Shown piece after piece: positions 27,938 to 42,176 of a DNA stretch of 64,000 nt (positions are counted from its first letter, which is position 1; the number at the start of each line of letters is the position of its first letter). The translations under genes and the position numbers were made by a program. The DNA is from Eledone cirrhosa (lineage: Eukaryota): positions 163,246,001 to 163,310,000 of the forward strand of contig OZ024741.1 in assembly GCA_964016885.1 (NCBI GenBank), in the 5' to 3' direction. The notes beneath the pieces were generated by a model that worked only from the letters and a program-made list of their open reading frames with translations, was not told the DNA's origin and ran no database searches.

Positions 27938-28016
27938 ACGAAAGAAATGTGGTAAGGAACTAGATGGACCATAACGCACCAAAGTACTCAATATTTAGGG
28001 TAGTAGAGTGGGTAAT
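27938..28016 (-). mobile_element. Extreme 3' tip of the same PLE family
   Basis: GTGGTAAGGAAC...GGACCATAACGCACCA...GTAGTAGAGTGGGTAAT between (TA)n runs. Confidence 0.75.
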
Positions 28017-28032
28017 ATATATATATATACAT

Positions 28033-28115
<83 letters not shown>

Positions 28116-28654
28116 GTAAGCAGAATTAACTAAATAACAAAACAAACGGCAGAGTAAAAGGAAGAAATATATTAGTTTAATTCTTGAAATAGCAGGAAGC
28201 GAATCTTAACATTTCGGACACTAGTCCTTCATATATATATATGAGAATTGAATGAACCTATTGAGGAGCTCATATGTACAGTGTAAACGGAGGTGTTGTA
28301 GATTTTATTTATACGTAGTACTGATATATTTATTCATGTGATATTTAATATAAACAGTTGGAGTCTACATGAGTTAACACACGACCGCTGATAAGACCTT
28401 TCTGTTAAAATAACATTCGAACATTTAAATAAATATCGTACACAGGTTATCTGGAAAGTTTTATATTTCTTGAAGGAAATAAAAATATAAACAGTAATCA
28501 ACTCACCGAAGACAATATGTAAATACATTGTTTAATGTTTTGGTCTTTCGTTTATATGTGTCATTTTAGAGGTTTTGTGAAGACGCCAGAATTTGTGTCT
28601 ATGGTGTTTATCTTACGGTCGTATGGTCATGAGTTCGAATTCTAGTATGATTTC

Positions 28655-29640
28655 TAGTATAGGCACAAGACCAATAATTTGTTTTGGGGGGTGGGGGTCA
28701 ATTAAATCGACGCCAGTGCATTACTGTTGATTTATTTTATTGACCCCCATAAGGATAAATGGCAAAGCTAACGTCGGCAGGATTTGAACTCAGAACGTAA
28801 AGGGCCGTAACTTTATCCTGTAAAGCAGGGTGTCCGATGCTCTATCGATACTGCCAATCCACCAAGATGATGGTTATTATTATTAATGTTATTATATCGT
28901 TAAAGCATTGGAACATTATTTAGCCGTATTTGTTTCGCCTCCTTACTTTCTGAGATCAAACCCTGCCGAGGTCAACTTCTTTCGAGAATAATAAATAAAT
29001 ATCAGCCGAGCATTGAGGTCGATATAATCGACTTTCCTATTCCCTCACAGTTGTGCCAATATTCAGAAACAGAGGTTCGTAGATTGGCAGAACCATTAAA
29101 ACGTCGGACAAAATGCTTTACGGTAATTTTGTTACGATTTCTACGTTCCGAGTTCAACCTAACCCTTCATCATTCGGTGATGGACAAAATATAGTAGCAT
29201 TCAAGTACAGTGGTCGGTGTTATTGGCTTTCTCCTTGCATTGCTGGCTTTGTACCAACATTGGAAACAATTGTTGCTGTTATTATTGCTGTTATAGAATT
29301 ACGGCTCTTTACGTTCTGAGTTCAAATCCAGCCGAGGTTAGTTTATCTTTCATTCTTACGGGGCTGATAAAATAAAGTACGATTTAATCGACTTTCCCCT
29401 CCCCCAAATTGTTGGCTTTTTGTCTAAATCAGAAATCATTATTGTTGTTATATGGCTTGGCAATATTGGTAGAGGGTCGGATGCCATGCTTTGACGCATA
29501 GAGTTACGGCCCTTGCCATTCTGAGTTCAAATCCCGCCGAGGTTAACTTTGCCTTTCATCCTTACGGGGTCGATAAAATAAAGTACCAGTAATGCACTGG
29601 GATAATTACTGGCCTTGTGCCAAAAGTAGAAACAATTATT
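28655..29640. mobile_element. Cluster of ~5 SINE family 1 copies of different ages
   Basis: Minus copy 28655-28866; plus copies ~28905-29070, 29075-29270, 29295-29445, 29452-29640. Confidence 0.8.
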
Positions 29641-30257
29641 GTTGTTATAAAGAATCTTGACATATAGTCCCCCACATGACCTGTCAGTATTTAATAGAAT
29701 GTATTAAAATACATATATTTTCTTAATGTCTTTAAACCTTTAAACCTGTGACATTCGATATAGATACAAATACATTAAACTTTGCCTATGATATTCGTAG
29801 TTACTATTATGATCAATATTTCTTCATTAGATACTCTTTCTAGGATACCTTTCATGGTTTTAATGCATTTTCAGCTCGTGTAATTTATGTAAACTATATT
29901 TATGGGTATGCGAATGAATCATAACGTTGACCCTAAACCAATTCAAGAATTACAGTGGTAATCATCCATTATTTTAAAATAAATATTTTAAATGTATATT
30001 TTCATAGCCAAAATTTAAAATATGTATGATATGTAAATGTAAAAATACATATTCTCTGAGCAAATTCAATGTAAAAACAAATTTATTTCTTTGAAATAGC
30101 GAACATCTGTTTCTAAAATACTCCTCTGAGAATAGCCAACGCATTCGTCTTCCTATCAGTGGATAATACCTTTTCACGTAAGTTATTATATTCATACATA
30201 AATAATTATGCTTTTTAGGTGTGTTCATAGGCAAAATGTTATATATATATATATATA

Positions 30258-30334
<77 letters not shown>

Positions 30335-30540
30335 ATATACTCAAATATGAACACACCTAAAAAGCATCATTATTTATGTATCATTATTATAACTTATATG
30401 AAAAAGTAATATCTAAAGATATCTAAAGATGTTTTTATATGTGTGTGTATATATATATATATCAAAGACGGTGCCCCAGCATGGGCTCGGTCGGATGGCT
30501 GAAACAAGCGACAAAAGATATATTTTTGCTCTTTTGTCGC

Positions 30541-30638
30541 ATCAACAGTCTGAAGAGCAGATCGATACTGGAGTCCGGTACATAACTCCTATGGGTCACC
30601 TTGAGCCAATCCTCGCGAAACGCGCGTAACAGGTCGAT
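30541..30638 (+). ncRNA. Type I hammerhead-like motif with branched stem II insert
   Basis: CTGAAGA (30550-30556)-GC...GC-GAAA (30617-30620)-CGCGCG-TA; interrupted stem I ATCAACAGT/ACAGGTCGAT. Confidence 0.6.
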
Positions 30639-30726
30639 ACGCAATAAATATTTTTTATATGTAAACGAAACTTCCTCGTTTTTTCTATTATAAATATACA
30701 TTAATTTCCCAGAACAAAGGGACCTG

Positions 30727-30791
<65 letters not shown>

Positions 30792-31325
30792 ACAAACATA
30801 CCCCCCACACACGCATGTATGTATTTTTATAAATACACTCTCACACGTACACACTCACACTCTCTAAAACCATATTCCCAAAATAGAATTCCTTTTAAAA
30901 CCCTACTTTAACTAATCCTATAGAATTTGTCTCTAGCTTACAATCATCCACCTCGCCATCCCCATCTGAACTCTTGGCCAGTCCATTAACACAATTGAGA
31001 TACACACACATATTTACAGAATATCTCCTCCCTAAAAACAATTTTGTTCTGTGTGAAGAAATACACCTACCAGCTGCTACTACTACCATGACTACACCTC
31101 TCTCTATATACACAAGAGTTCATTTTTCCAGTCTCCTTCTCGACAAGGAAGATGAAAAATGTATTATATAACTCTTTTCTAAACGACGAATCGTCCCTCT
31201 CATTTTTTTCAATAATGTCACTTTGACGAATCAAAGAAAGGAAAAAAAAGAAGAAAAACAGACCATTAAATATATTTTCCGTGCTATTTCCAATTCCAAC
31301 CTCTCTCTATCTCTCTCTCTCTCTC

Positions 31326-31387
<62 letters not shown>

Positions 31388-31508
31388 TGTGTGTGTGTGT
31401 CTGTGTGTGCGCGTGTGTGTGTGTGTATGTATATATGCATGCATATTTGTATGTATATTTGTATATATATATAACTATATATATATTAGATATATAAATA
31501 TATAGTAA

Positions 31509-31685
31509 TAATTGTTTCTACTTTAGGCACAAGGCCAGCAATTACCCAGTGCATTACTGGTACTTTATTTTATCTACCCCGTAAGGATAAAAGGCAAAGT
31601 CAACCTCGGCAGGATTTGAACTCAGAACGTAAAGGGACGTAACTATGCTAGAAAGCATGGCGTCCGACCCTCTACCGATACTGGG
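31509..31685 (-). mobile_element. SINE family 1
   Basis: Near-complete reverse-complement copy. Confidence 0.85.
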
Positions 31686-31706
31686 AATATATATATAGTA
31701 ATAATA

Positions 31707-32786
<1,080 letters not shown>

Positions 32787-33030
32787 ATTATAATACTATG
32801 ATATAATCAATAACTCCGGTCAGCCTTGATCAAGCAGATCTATAATCAAAATCATTAGTCATGACCATTCAATCTTTGTTATATATTTAAACCATAGGGT
32901 TAATTATAATTACATAGTTTCACATACTCTGTCATTTGACGACTAATTTGGATGTTTAATTGCAAGCCTCCATTTTGATTGAGATGATTATTAAGATTAT
33001 TAAGGAAATAATTCCCTTTGTTATTTTTAC

Positions 33031-33145
33031 ATTCAAATCCCGCCGAGGTTAACTTTGCCTTTCATCCTTACGGGGTCGATAAAATAAGTACCAGTAATTC
33101 ACTAGGATAATTGCTGGCCTTGTGCCCAAAGTAGAAACAATTATT
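33031..33145 (+). mobile_element. SINE family 1, 3' half
   Basis: TTCAAATCCCGCCGAGG...GTAGAAACAATTATT. Confidence 0.8.
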
Positions 33146-33269
33146 TCTACTACTTCAAAATAGTCAGCGATATTCTTTTTACGTTGATAGAGTGTACTTT
33201 GAAGATATGATGGCTATTTTGTGTAAGTAGAATTAGTCACAACCTAGGAAGATCTCTCGTTTGTTCATG

Positions 33270-33312
<43 letters not shown>

Positions 33313-33532
33313 ACAGTTTTATTTAAAATTGTTGGGTTACAACGAGTAAATATTTTATAACTGATATAAAAGCACTCAACAGATTTGGAGTAGGTTTACG
33401 ATATTAAACAAATGGAAACTATATTTATAAAACCATATTTATTTCATTATATATAAAATCAACTTTTTAAATGGAAGTTGCGTTATTTTAAGGTATGTCA
33501 AATTTATTTATAAAACGGCTTATATATTGTAT

Positions 33533-33593
33533 TTTGTCTGAGGAAGGCATACCATATTTTTAATATGATATCCCAGAAATATATATAATGAAA
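33533..33593 (+). ncRNA. Type I hammerhead ribozyme, same family as 16501-16562
   Basis: TTTGT-CTGAGGA-AGGCATACCATATT...AATATGATATCCCA-GAAA-TATATA-TA-ATGAAA; the core change is at the free N7 position. Confidence 0.7.
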
Positions 33594-33635
33594 TAAATAT
33601 GGTTTTATAAATATAGTTTCCATTTGTTTAATATC

Positions 33636-33687
<52 letters not shown>

Positions 33688-33739
33688 CATGAACAAACGA
33701 GAGATCTTCCTAGGTGGTGACTAATTCTATTTACACAGA

Positions 33740-34227
33740 GCGTGAAATTAATAAACATTCGTTGTACTGCCTCTCTGTTTTGTTCCTGTTCAAATTTTTC
33801 CATTATATATAATACACGCTCACACGGCTTCCATTCCTTTGGAACATAACTTAACTACCGGCTCAACCCCGATCTAATCCGCCGTGACCATTCTCCGAAC
33901 TTTACACACCTTCCCCCACTTGGTCTTTCCTTCCACGCATTACCTTTGTTTGATTTTGTTACTGTACTTGTTTATTTCCGTATATGATTCTTTGCCTGTG
34001 TTCTTACAATTTTATTTCTATGATTTCATTCGCACCGTTTCCTTTCGCTATATGTCTCTCCACCACTCCCCTACACACCCTTTGAACTCTGTTCCCACAC
34101 ACTTCTCACCTGAGGAAGGGCTTATGCCCGAAACGTCGTTCCCCACCACCACCCCACCACCCAGGGCGTGAAATTAATAAACATTCGTTGTACTGCCTCT
34201 CTGTTTTGTTCCTGTTCAAATTTTTCC

Positions 34228-34235
<8 letters not shown>
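33740..34235 (+). mobile_element. Partial-tandem terminal-repeat element (period 426) with minimal HHR at ~34108-34139
   Basis: GCGTGAAATTAATAAAC...CCATTATATAT at 33740 and 34166; CTGAGGA-AGGGC-TTAT-GCCC-GAAAC-GTC; stem I only 2 bp. Confidence 0.7.
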
Positions 34236-34266
<31 letters not shown>

Positions 34267-34272
34267 GAAATA

Positions 34273-34495
34273 TGAGTTTTTCAAATATTAATAATAACAT
34301 TCGATTCGTTTGCAATTATGCAAACAAGCCTCAATTTTATAGCCATGTCAGTAGAATGATCACTTCATTCTTGCTCTTGTGTTGGCATGCGAAAATGAAT
34401 GAAGTGTTCATTCTACTGACATGGCTATAAAATTGAGTCTTGTTTGCATAATTGCAAACGAATCGAATGTTATTATTAATATTCATAAAACTCAG
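34273..34495. repeat. Palindromic element, family also at ~15085-15400
   Basis: CATTCGATTCGTTTGCAATTATGCAAAC...AGCCATGTCAGTAGAATGA mirrored. Confidence 0.75.
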
Positions 34496-34619
34496 TTTAC
34501 ATTTATTGTATTCAGCCATGTGGAGCGAAATTTTCATTTATATATATATATATATATAGTCACTTATATATTATGGAATGCTGTTCGGTTTTCGCTGCAG
34601 TGTTTCCTATACCTTTCAT

Positions 34620-34800
<181 letters not shown>

Positions 34801-35149
34801 CGGAAGAACACCGTGTTAAAATTTGAATTTGAATTGATGAATCATTTTATCATAATTGCTGTTTCTTCGAAGATCGAGAGCAGATTCTTTGATTTATTCG
34901 CCAACATAACTTTAGTGCATGCCTTTTACATTTTGACTAACCCTCTTTTATAGGTGTTTACGTCTCTTTCAACACTAAATAAATTATCGTTCCAAATAAT
35001 TTTAGTGTGCTAGCATAGAAGCCATCTTATACTGTTCCATCGCTAACGCAGCTTGTTGGGTCAGATATGCGGCATGTTTAGTAGTTGCTCTTGCTTGGTG
35101 CACAACTGCAGAAGGCAAGTATCCACAATTAGTTTGGCAGTGATTGTGA

Positions 35150-35357
35150 TGGTCATGAATCTTGGGTAATGACCGAAAGAATACAATCGGGAATACAAGC
35201 GGCCGAAATTAGGTTTCTCCAAAGAGGCTTTGGAGTAACCTACTCGATAGAATGCGCTGCCCGGCGATCAGAGTCACTCCAGGTTAGCCGCTACTCCTCC
35301 GGACATGTTATCAGAATGTCTCAGGAAGGAATCGCTGGACAGATTTCACGGGCAATA
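35150..35357 (+). pseudogene. RTE LINE RT C-terminal remnant
   Basis: GHESWVMTERIQSGIQAAEIRFLQR...GHVIRM. Confidence 0.75.
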
Positions 35358-36849
35358 GAGAAGAAGAAGAAGAAGAAGAAGAAGAAGAAGAAGAAGAAGA
35401 ACTTTAGGCATGGTTCTATACATATAGTAAAGAAAGAACATTGCTATACTCGTATAATAAAAAATTATGATATCGCCCATAAGCTTCATATGTATATCAA
35501 AATATCAGATAACATTCAAGTCTATTCACTGTTAGACCTATAGTTGCACCGTAAATGGACTTTCGTATGAAGCAATTTAAGTAATCTATGATATTAATCA
35601 AAGTAAATGATGCATCATGTTACTCATTACACAATGTTTTTTTGTGCATCTATATATGTCAGTGTTGTTTATTTCCATCGTTTAACACCAGATTAAATTA
35701 ATCAACAGATTTTATTAACCTAGCAGAACTTCACTTCTGACATTTCCCGCTATCGGATGACCTTTCTTCAAATATTTATTATAACATATCGTATGCTTAC
35801 TATTACGTAAAAGAAATTTGATATAATTATTTGTCCACCTAATGATTTGTGTATTCTAATGGCTAGCTTCCTAAAATTAGTTTAAACAATATATATCGTT
35901 AAAGATAAACTAAAGAAACGTTGAGTGATTGAGATAAAATGCTATCGGAGTTGGTGCCGCAGTTGTTGTTTGCTGTTAGTGTTGTTGTGGCTTTTGGGGT
36001 CATCGTGTTGGCAGCAAGGGTGTCCTGTGGGTTCCCGTCGTTTCTTCAGGGCACAAAGCTCTCAGGTGATTTGTCGCTCCATACAAATGAGAACGTGGCG
36101 TTTTGCAGCGTTTTTGAGTGCGGACTTTGGAATTAGAGGACTATCAAGTTCATGCATACCTCATGCAGTAAGTGATTTTGGGTTTGAGTTTTAGTCGTCG
36201 TCGTCGTCGTTATTGTTGTTGTTGTTGTGGTTGTTGTTGTTGTTGTTGTTGCTGTTGTCGTCATAGCATTTTATTCGCAGTTTAATTCACAATAAAAAAT
36301 ATACATAGCTGCATTTGTGCCATACAGTATCTGCGGAGCATTAACGATATAAATATGGAAGAAATTGCACAGTTCAACGAGAGATGAAACTGTAGAAAAA
36401 TAGGAGATTTGGCGTAAACTAATAAACAATCATTCGAAAAAGAAACCGGTGTAAGTACGAATACACCCTGTCGACTATCGAGCCATTTTGTGGCTTATGA
36501 TACTGATGTCATTTGACGTTAGCGATAACAATGTACACTAGACAAAACTGTTCACAGAGTAACGATTAAAGATAGGAAATATATAACATCACTCTGTTCT
36601 GAGAGTCATCATTGAAAAATATAGATAATAGAGCAAATAACAGAGGGAGTGGCCAAAATTGATCAACTCCATTATGAGTGGTATTTGAAAAACTTAAAAT
36701 GAAAACGAAACTACGTGGACGTCTGACGGAGTTTCCATTCTGGTTTTGGATCAGCACATAGTCCTTCTTAGAAGTTAATAAAGGTATCTATGTTCCAAGT
36801 GTCCAAACTTTGCAGTGTGCCAAATTACATTAACTAATACAGACAGTTT

Positions 36850-37270
36850 TTTACTATTCTATCACGCCCCACCCACCTTTCAAAGGTTTGGAACGTAAAA
36901 GATTCACACTTGCGGCCATTGTTTGCCAGGGATTCATTTATTTCATCTGAAATATTATCTACTGAAATTTTGACATCGTCGAAAGCACTATTAACCCAAA
37001 CCTCTAGATCTAGCATATTTGCTGGTATAGTGGTATAGACTAGTTCAAAACTTCATTCAAATGCTCTTTCTATCTGGTGTATTCCTCATGTTCAGAGAGA
37101 AATATGTTTCTTGGTTTGATCTTGACTGTATCTGAGGTGTTTTGAAATTTTGTAAACAGTCCTGACATCATTCCTATTTGCAGCATGCTCTGTTTCTTGG
37201 CATTTATTTTCTATCCCTTATTTGTTTGTCATATTTGCAACTATTTTTACTGATCTGTTTAGGACACTGA
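36850..37270 (-). pseudogene. Probable LINE ORF2 linker remnant
   Basis: AANRNDVRTVYKISKHL-like translation resembles the RTE EN-RT linker; heavily decayed. Confidence 0.4.
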
Positions 37271-37789
37271 ACACTATTTCGAGTTGAATTGCTTGAATAA
37301 AAACAAAAAGCTCGAAAATGTCTAGATACAACAGAGATTTTGTATTCGTGTTCTGTCAGTTTTTCAAGTTCTGATTTGTTATCGTAGTAAGCTGAAAAAT
37401 GTTTATCTCGAAGATACAAATGAGTAGGATGCTTATATTAATAGTACGATCAAAGCCCGCTTAATTTTGTTAAACCAAAGTATATATAATTTACAAAGTC
37501 TATGATAATCATTTCAAAACAGCAAATGTAATGTGAGTGAAATGTGAATAAGATGTTACCTTCATTTTTAGAGTTCTATGAGATACAATTGTAAACTTTA
37601 ATTGATAAGAGATCAAAATATCTAATTACAAGTGGAGAAGAAATATAAAAATCAACCGAACGTTTATATAAAATAATTAATTAAATAATTATATATATTC
37701 AATTTTATGAGAAGAAAAGTCATAAACAAAAAGTAAAATAATTGGGATAAAGATTATTTCGTATCTTCTTTTTATTCACCCCTTTATTT

Positions 37790-38430
37790 CTGGCAGCAAC
37801 CTTCCCTAATTAATCTTGCTGGATCCCCAAGCGAGGGTAGCCGAGCTCAGGGAAGTTATCCATCTATATTGCTCAGAATCTACCCCCGGGTCTCCCGCTG
37901 GTTGGTTTTACCTGTAAAATCTGTCCAACTATTCTTTCCTGAGACATCCTAACCACATGTTCGTAATATCGGTGCTGTGACTCTCTGATCTCCGAGGTAC
38001 GCATTGTATCGAGTAACGTTAGTCCGAACACCCTTCGGAGGAACCCCATTTCGGTCGCTTGCATTCGTGATCGTATTATTTAGGTAATTACGCAAGATTC
38101 ATGACCATGGGTAAAGTATGGCACGAATACCGATGTGAAGATAGCGTGTTTGGCTTTTACACCTATCTCCTTTAATCTGCTGGCCAAGTGCTGATGCTGG
38201 CGCATTACTGCAGCAACTCCTGCTATTCTTGCACGTCAAACAGCCTCCTGCCTTCCACCACTCGTGAACACGGTCCCGAGAAACTTGAATATTTCCACTT
38301 GCTTCAGTGGAACTCCACCCATATGTAGAGTGTACCACGCAGGTTTCCTTGAGAGGATGCGTGTCGTTTCAAACCTATCAAATGTATGCCGAGTTAAGTA
38401 ACACTATGTCGTCCGCAAATTCCAGACGTA
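37790..38430 (-). pseudogene. RTE LINE RT C-terminal remnant
   Basis: QATEMGFLRRVFGLTLLD...HVVRM...RPGGR; homologous to 35150-35357. Confidence 0.75.
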
Positions 38431-39602
38431 CCGAACACAAATAATATCATGCGTTTCCAAAATACTACATAAATATATCAAAGGATTGACCGACAATAAA
38501 ATAAAATCAATTCGGAATAGACATGTAAATATATGATGTATTCTTAGCACATCACGGAGAGTTACAATTCTATTGAGTTATCATATTTATTAATGTGAAC
38601 TTAACAAAAACTTGTTTGACCATGTTGATGAAGTCTAAGCGAAGTCATGTCTGCATATCTTTGTTAATTGAAGCATAAATGTTCTTTAGTGTATTTGGTA
38701 AACGTCTTCAAAGAAAATATTGCATTTTCCACGACTTGCAAATACAAAAGTAAACACAAAGAGAAAATATATCCATTTTACATTTATGTTTTCGGTAGGA
38801 AGACTGAAATTTAAAAATAATATTGTAACGAAAGATTTATAAATCGAGTATAATACATAGCAAGGGATGAATAGTTGAAAGGATGGATTTGGTATAAGTG
38901 TAGACAAAATTTTACTGAAAGTAGTTAATGTTCGCGCGTATGTTTCGCACTGGTTTATAACACCGGGGAACACAACATTTGCTTCCTAAGATATTAGATC
39001 TGTATCTGATCTCCTAGCTATACTTTGCCATAGGTAAAATAAACTATTTTCACCAAATCACTAATTGTTTTTCTGTTCAGCGAATGTGTTCTCTCCGCAA
39101 AAAATACAGAAACAAAAAAGCAAACAAAAAAAAAAACACCTGGTTGATTCAAACATTCTCCTCGCAATGAATCTAAGTCAACACCTGAAGCAGGAAAGAA
39201 TTAATATTAGTACATGTACAATACGCATTCATGACATCAATATCAGTAAAATAATAGCTACAATTTAATTATGCAGATACATTTAAAGTTATGAGAGCTC
39301 ATAATACCAATCGAAAAGGGTAAGAAATTCAATTATGTATTCAATATCACATAAACTAGAGCTGCTGGAACAAATCGGATAGTATTTTCTGAATAAGCAG
39401 CTTGGTAATATTTGGTGTTAAGTCAGAGAATCCAGGTAGCAAGAAAAAGAAAAAGGTTCTTCCAGAGTGTAATTATTTAAAAGAACCGTCAACTTGGCAA
39501 ACAATGGGTAGCTACTGATATGGCATATTATTTTGGTACTGCTCGGCCAGATGAATGTGAACTCAGTAATGCTGTGAGGGAAAGAAATTAAATAGACATA
39601 TG

Positions 39603-39922
39603 AAGGTGCATTGCTTAGTGGTTAGGGCATCAGGTTTACAATCGTGAGGTTGTGAGTTCGATTTTCGGACCGGGTTTTGCGTTGTGTTCTTCAGCAAGAC
39701 ACTTTATTTCATATTGCTCCAGTTCACTCAGCTGTAGAAATGAATTGCGAAGTCACTTGTGCCAAGCTATATCGGCCTTTGCCTTTCCCTTGGACAACAT
39801 TGGTGATCTGGAGAGGGGAGACTGGTATGCATGGGCCACTGCTGATTTCCTACAAACAACCTTTCCCGGGCTTATGCTTCGAAGGGGAATTTTCTAGGAA
39901 CTTTCCCTGATCATTCGTGACC
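39603..39922 (+). mobile_element. tRNA-derived SINE family 2
   Basis: TGCTTAGTGG A box, GAGTTCGATT B box, GTTGTGTTCTTCAGCAAGACACTTTA central domain; reverse copies at ~3467-3725 and ~18105-18330. Confidence 0.8.
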
Positions 39923-39927
39923 CTATA

Positions 39928-39962
<35 letters not shown>

Positions 39963-39964
<2 letters not shown>

Positions 39965-40156
39965 CGGAGGAAATGTGGTAAGGAATCAGGTGGACCATAA
40001 CGCACCAAAGTACTCAAAACTTAGGGTAGTAGAGTGGGTAATAGGAACGAGTAGGACCCCGACGGCTGAGCTCAAGCCGTTTCGACTGCTAATTCTGGAC
40101 TGAATTAGTCGTCGAAACGGCTTGAGCTCAGCCGTCGGGGTCCTACTCGTTCCTAT
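39963..40156 (-). mobile_element. Short fold-back 3' end of the same PLE family
   Basis: Arms ~40040-40093 / ~40103-40156 containing GAAACGGCTTGAGCTCAGCCGTC. Confidence 0.8.
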
Positions 40157-40317
40157 ATATATATATATATATCCGGATGTGGCTGACGGTTGAGAGAAAA
40201 GAGTATTCAATAGCAAAGTAGAGTTTAAATATTTATTTTAATAGGATAGATAGTGAGTCTTGTTACTCTAGAGTTTCGCCTGTTTATCACAAGACTCACT
40301 TTTCAGCCTCAACAAAA

Positions 40318-40383
<66 letters not shown>

Positions 40384-40689
40384 GCTGTTTCATAATTATA
40401 AAGAACATTTTTTATTGAAATCACCTCATCTCAATTGCACCCTGAATGCATTCCACATAAAAGCTTCACAGGCGAAAGTACGGGAAGATACATCACAACA
40501 ACCTCCATTGTATTACCGTCAACCCCTAACATTATAACACTACCACCACCGCTACCATTTATAACACAACTATTGCCAATACCATTATTACTTGGTGTAT
40601 GTAAAATTCTGGAACGAAGCAATCATTCCAAGATCGGCTCCAAAGGATTATCTCAATTTGATGAAGCAGCTACCTATGTATCCTGATCA

Positions 40690-41180
40690 ACAGATTGAAA
40701 CCGTGGCATTACCTGTGATACTTGTCAGAAGAGATAATAGCGTTGGTTTTCTTTGATGACAGACCTGGACTGGATGTAGAAGAAAATAAATGTTCCCATA
40801 TCAAACAAATGAAGGAAAAAAGAAAGGATGAAGAGGTCGAAGGCAAAAAATGGTTTTCGGCAACAGAGAACTGAGAGATTTCGATACGAAGAATAGAAAT
40901 AGATTTTTCCATCTGATTGACATTGTTCTAAACAATTTTGATTTTTGCACTGACGGTGATATCAAAGCATCTGTTGATGCTCTGAAAGTTGTGAATGACT
41001 CTAATGAGCGAGGTATCTATCTCATAATTGTTTCTACTTTAGGCACAAGGCCAGCAATTACCCAGTGCATTACTGGTATTTATCTCATAATGATGTTTAA
41101 TGGTTCTACGAAGGATGAACATGAAAAACAGTTCCTCCTAAAAATTGTTACTGAGCAAAGGAAACAAGTGCCCTAGAGGA
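40690..41180 (+). pseudogene. Probable DNA-transposon transposase C-terminal remnant interrupted by a SINE fragment
   Basis: LKVVNDSNERGI...FNGSTKDEHEKQFLLKIVTEQRK; SINE piece ~41029-41079 flanked by TATCTCATAAT duplication. Confidence 0.5.
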
Positions 41181-41974
41181 CAAAAGGCGCCGTTTCCAGT
41201 TATACATTTCATTCATAAAAAGTGTTTTTCTCTTTAACCCTTATACTATTGTACATTTAGAACGTATTCCTACTATTTACTTTCATTTAATTTCTTTCTG
41301 TCGTGTGATTATCTCATTCGATTCAGTAAAGTAAACAGAAAAGACAATATATCACAGGTCAAATTTAATAGGTCGTCATCAATAAAAAGATGTGAAAGTG
41401 TGCAACTTTAAACTATTATTTGATTGACCTATAATTTAGTATACTTGGTTATTTCATCGAAGCAAATACGCGCGTAATCAACCTGAGATGAAGTTTTGAA
41501 CTTCATTACATTGAGAATATTGTTCGCAACATGATAACCATCTAAATTAACACTATCTAAATTAACTTAATGGATGTGAAGTTAATAGAGCAATTGCAAA
41601 GTTAAAGTTTATTTAATTGATTTTACTATCATGTATAAATGTGAAAAGTCTTGGGATGATACGCCAGGCCAATGCAAATGTCTCATCCTTGAAATGTATG
41701 AGAAAATATCACACACCACAGCCTTGAAATACAGTTAACAATATTAGTAACAAAGGAGGTAATTTCAAATATTCGTGAGAGGTATGGTGCATCTTCTGGT
41801 GATACGAATAGAATAATCCAAGCGACAATAGCTTCTTTTTTAGATGAAACAACAATTTCGCCTCCGACGTCTATCTTATCGCAAAGAGCTGTTCAGTGTT
41901 GCAGAAAAAAAGGTACCGAGTTCTATCTATCGTGATGTAAATAATATTGTATTAGCGAAAATGTACATGTAACG

Positions 41975-42176
41975 TACGAGGGTATGGTGAAACACTCATA
42001 GGCAGATTATGCAGGAATGATGCTAGAGCTGTGAAATCTTGCATGCATTAACTTCAATTATTCGTATTAATAATTGCATTATTTCTTTCCATGGACTATG
42101 TTGAAAAATAAACCTCATTTCGTTATTCTATGAGAGTATCTCGCCCAGAATATGAACTTTCCAGCCGAATCTCGTA
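41975..42176. mobile_element. Possible mariner-derived MITE
   Basis: TACGAG...CTCGTA ends with weak further TIR similarity, TA flanks. Confidence 0.45.
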
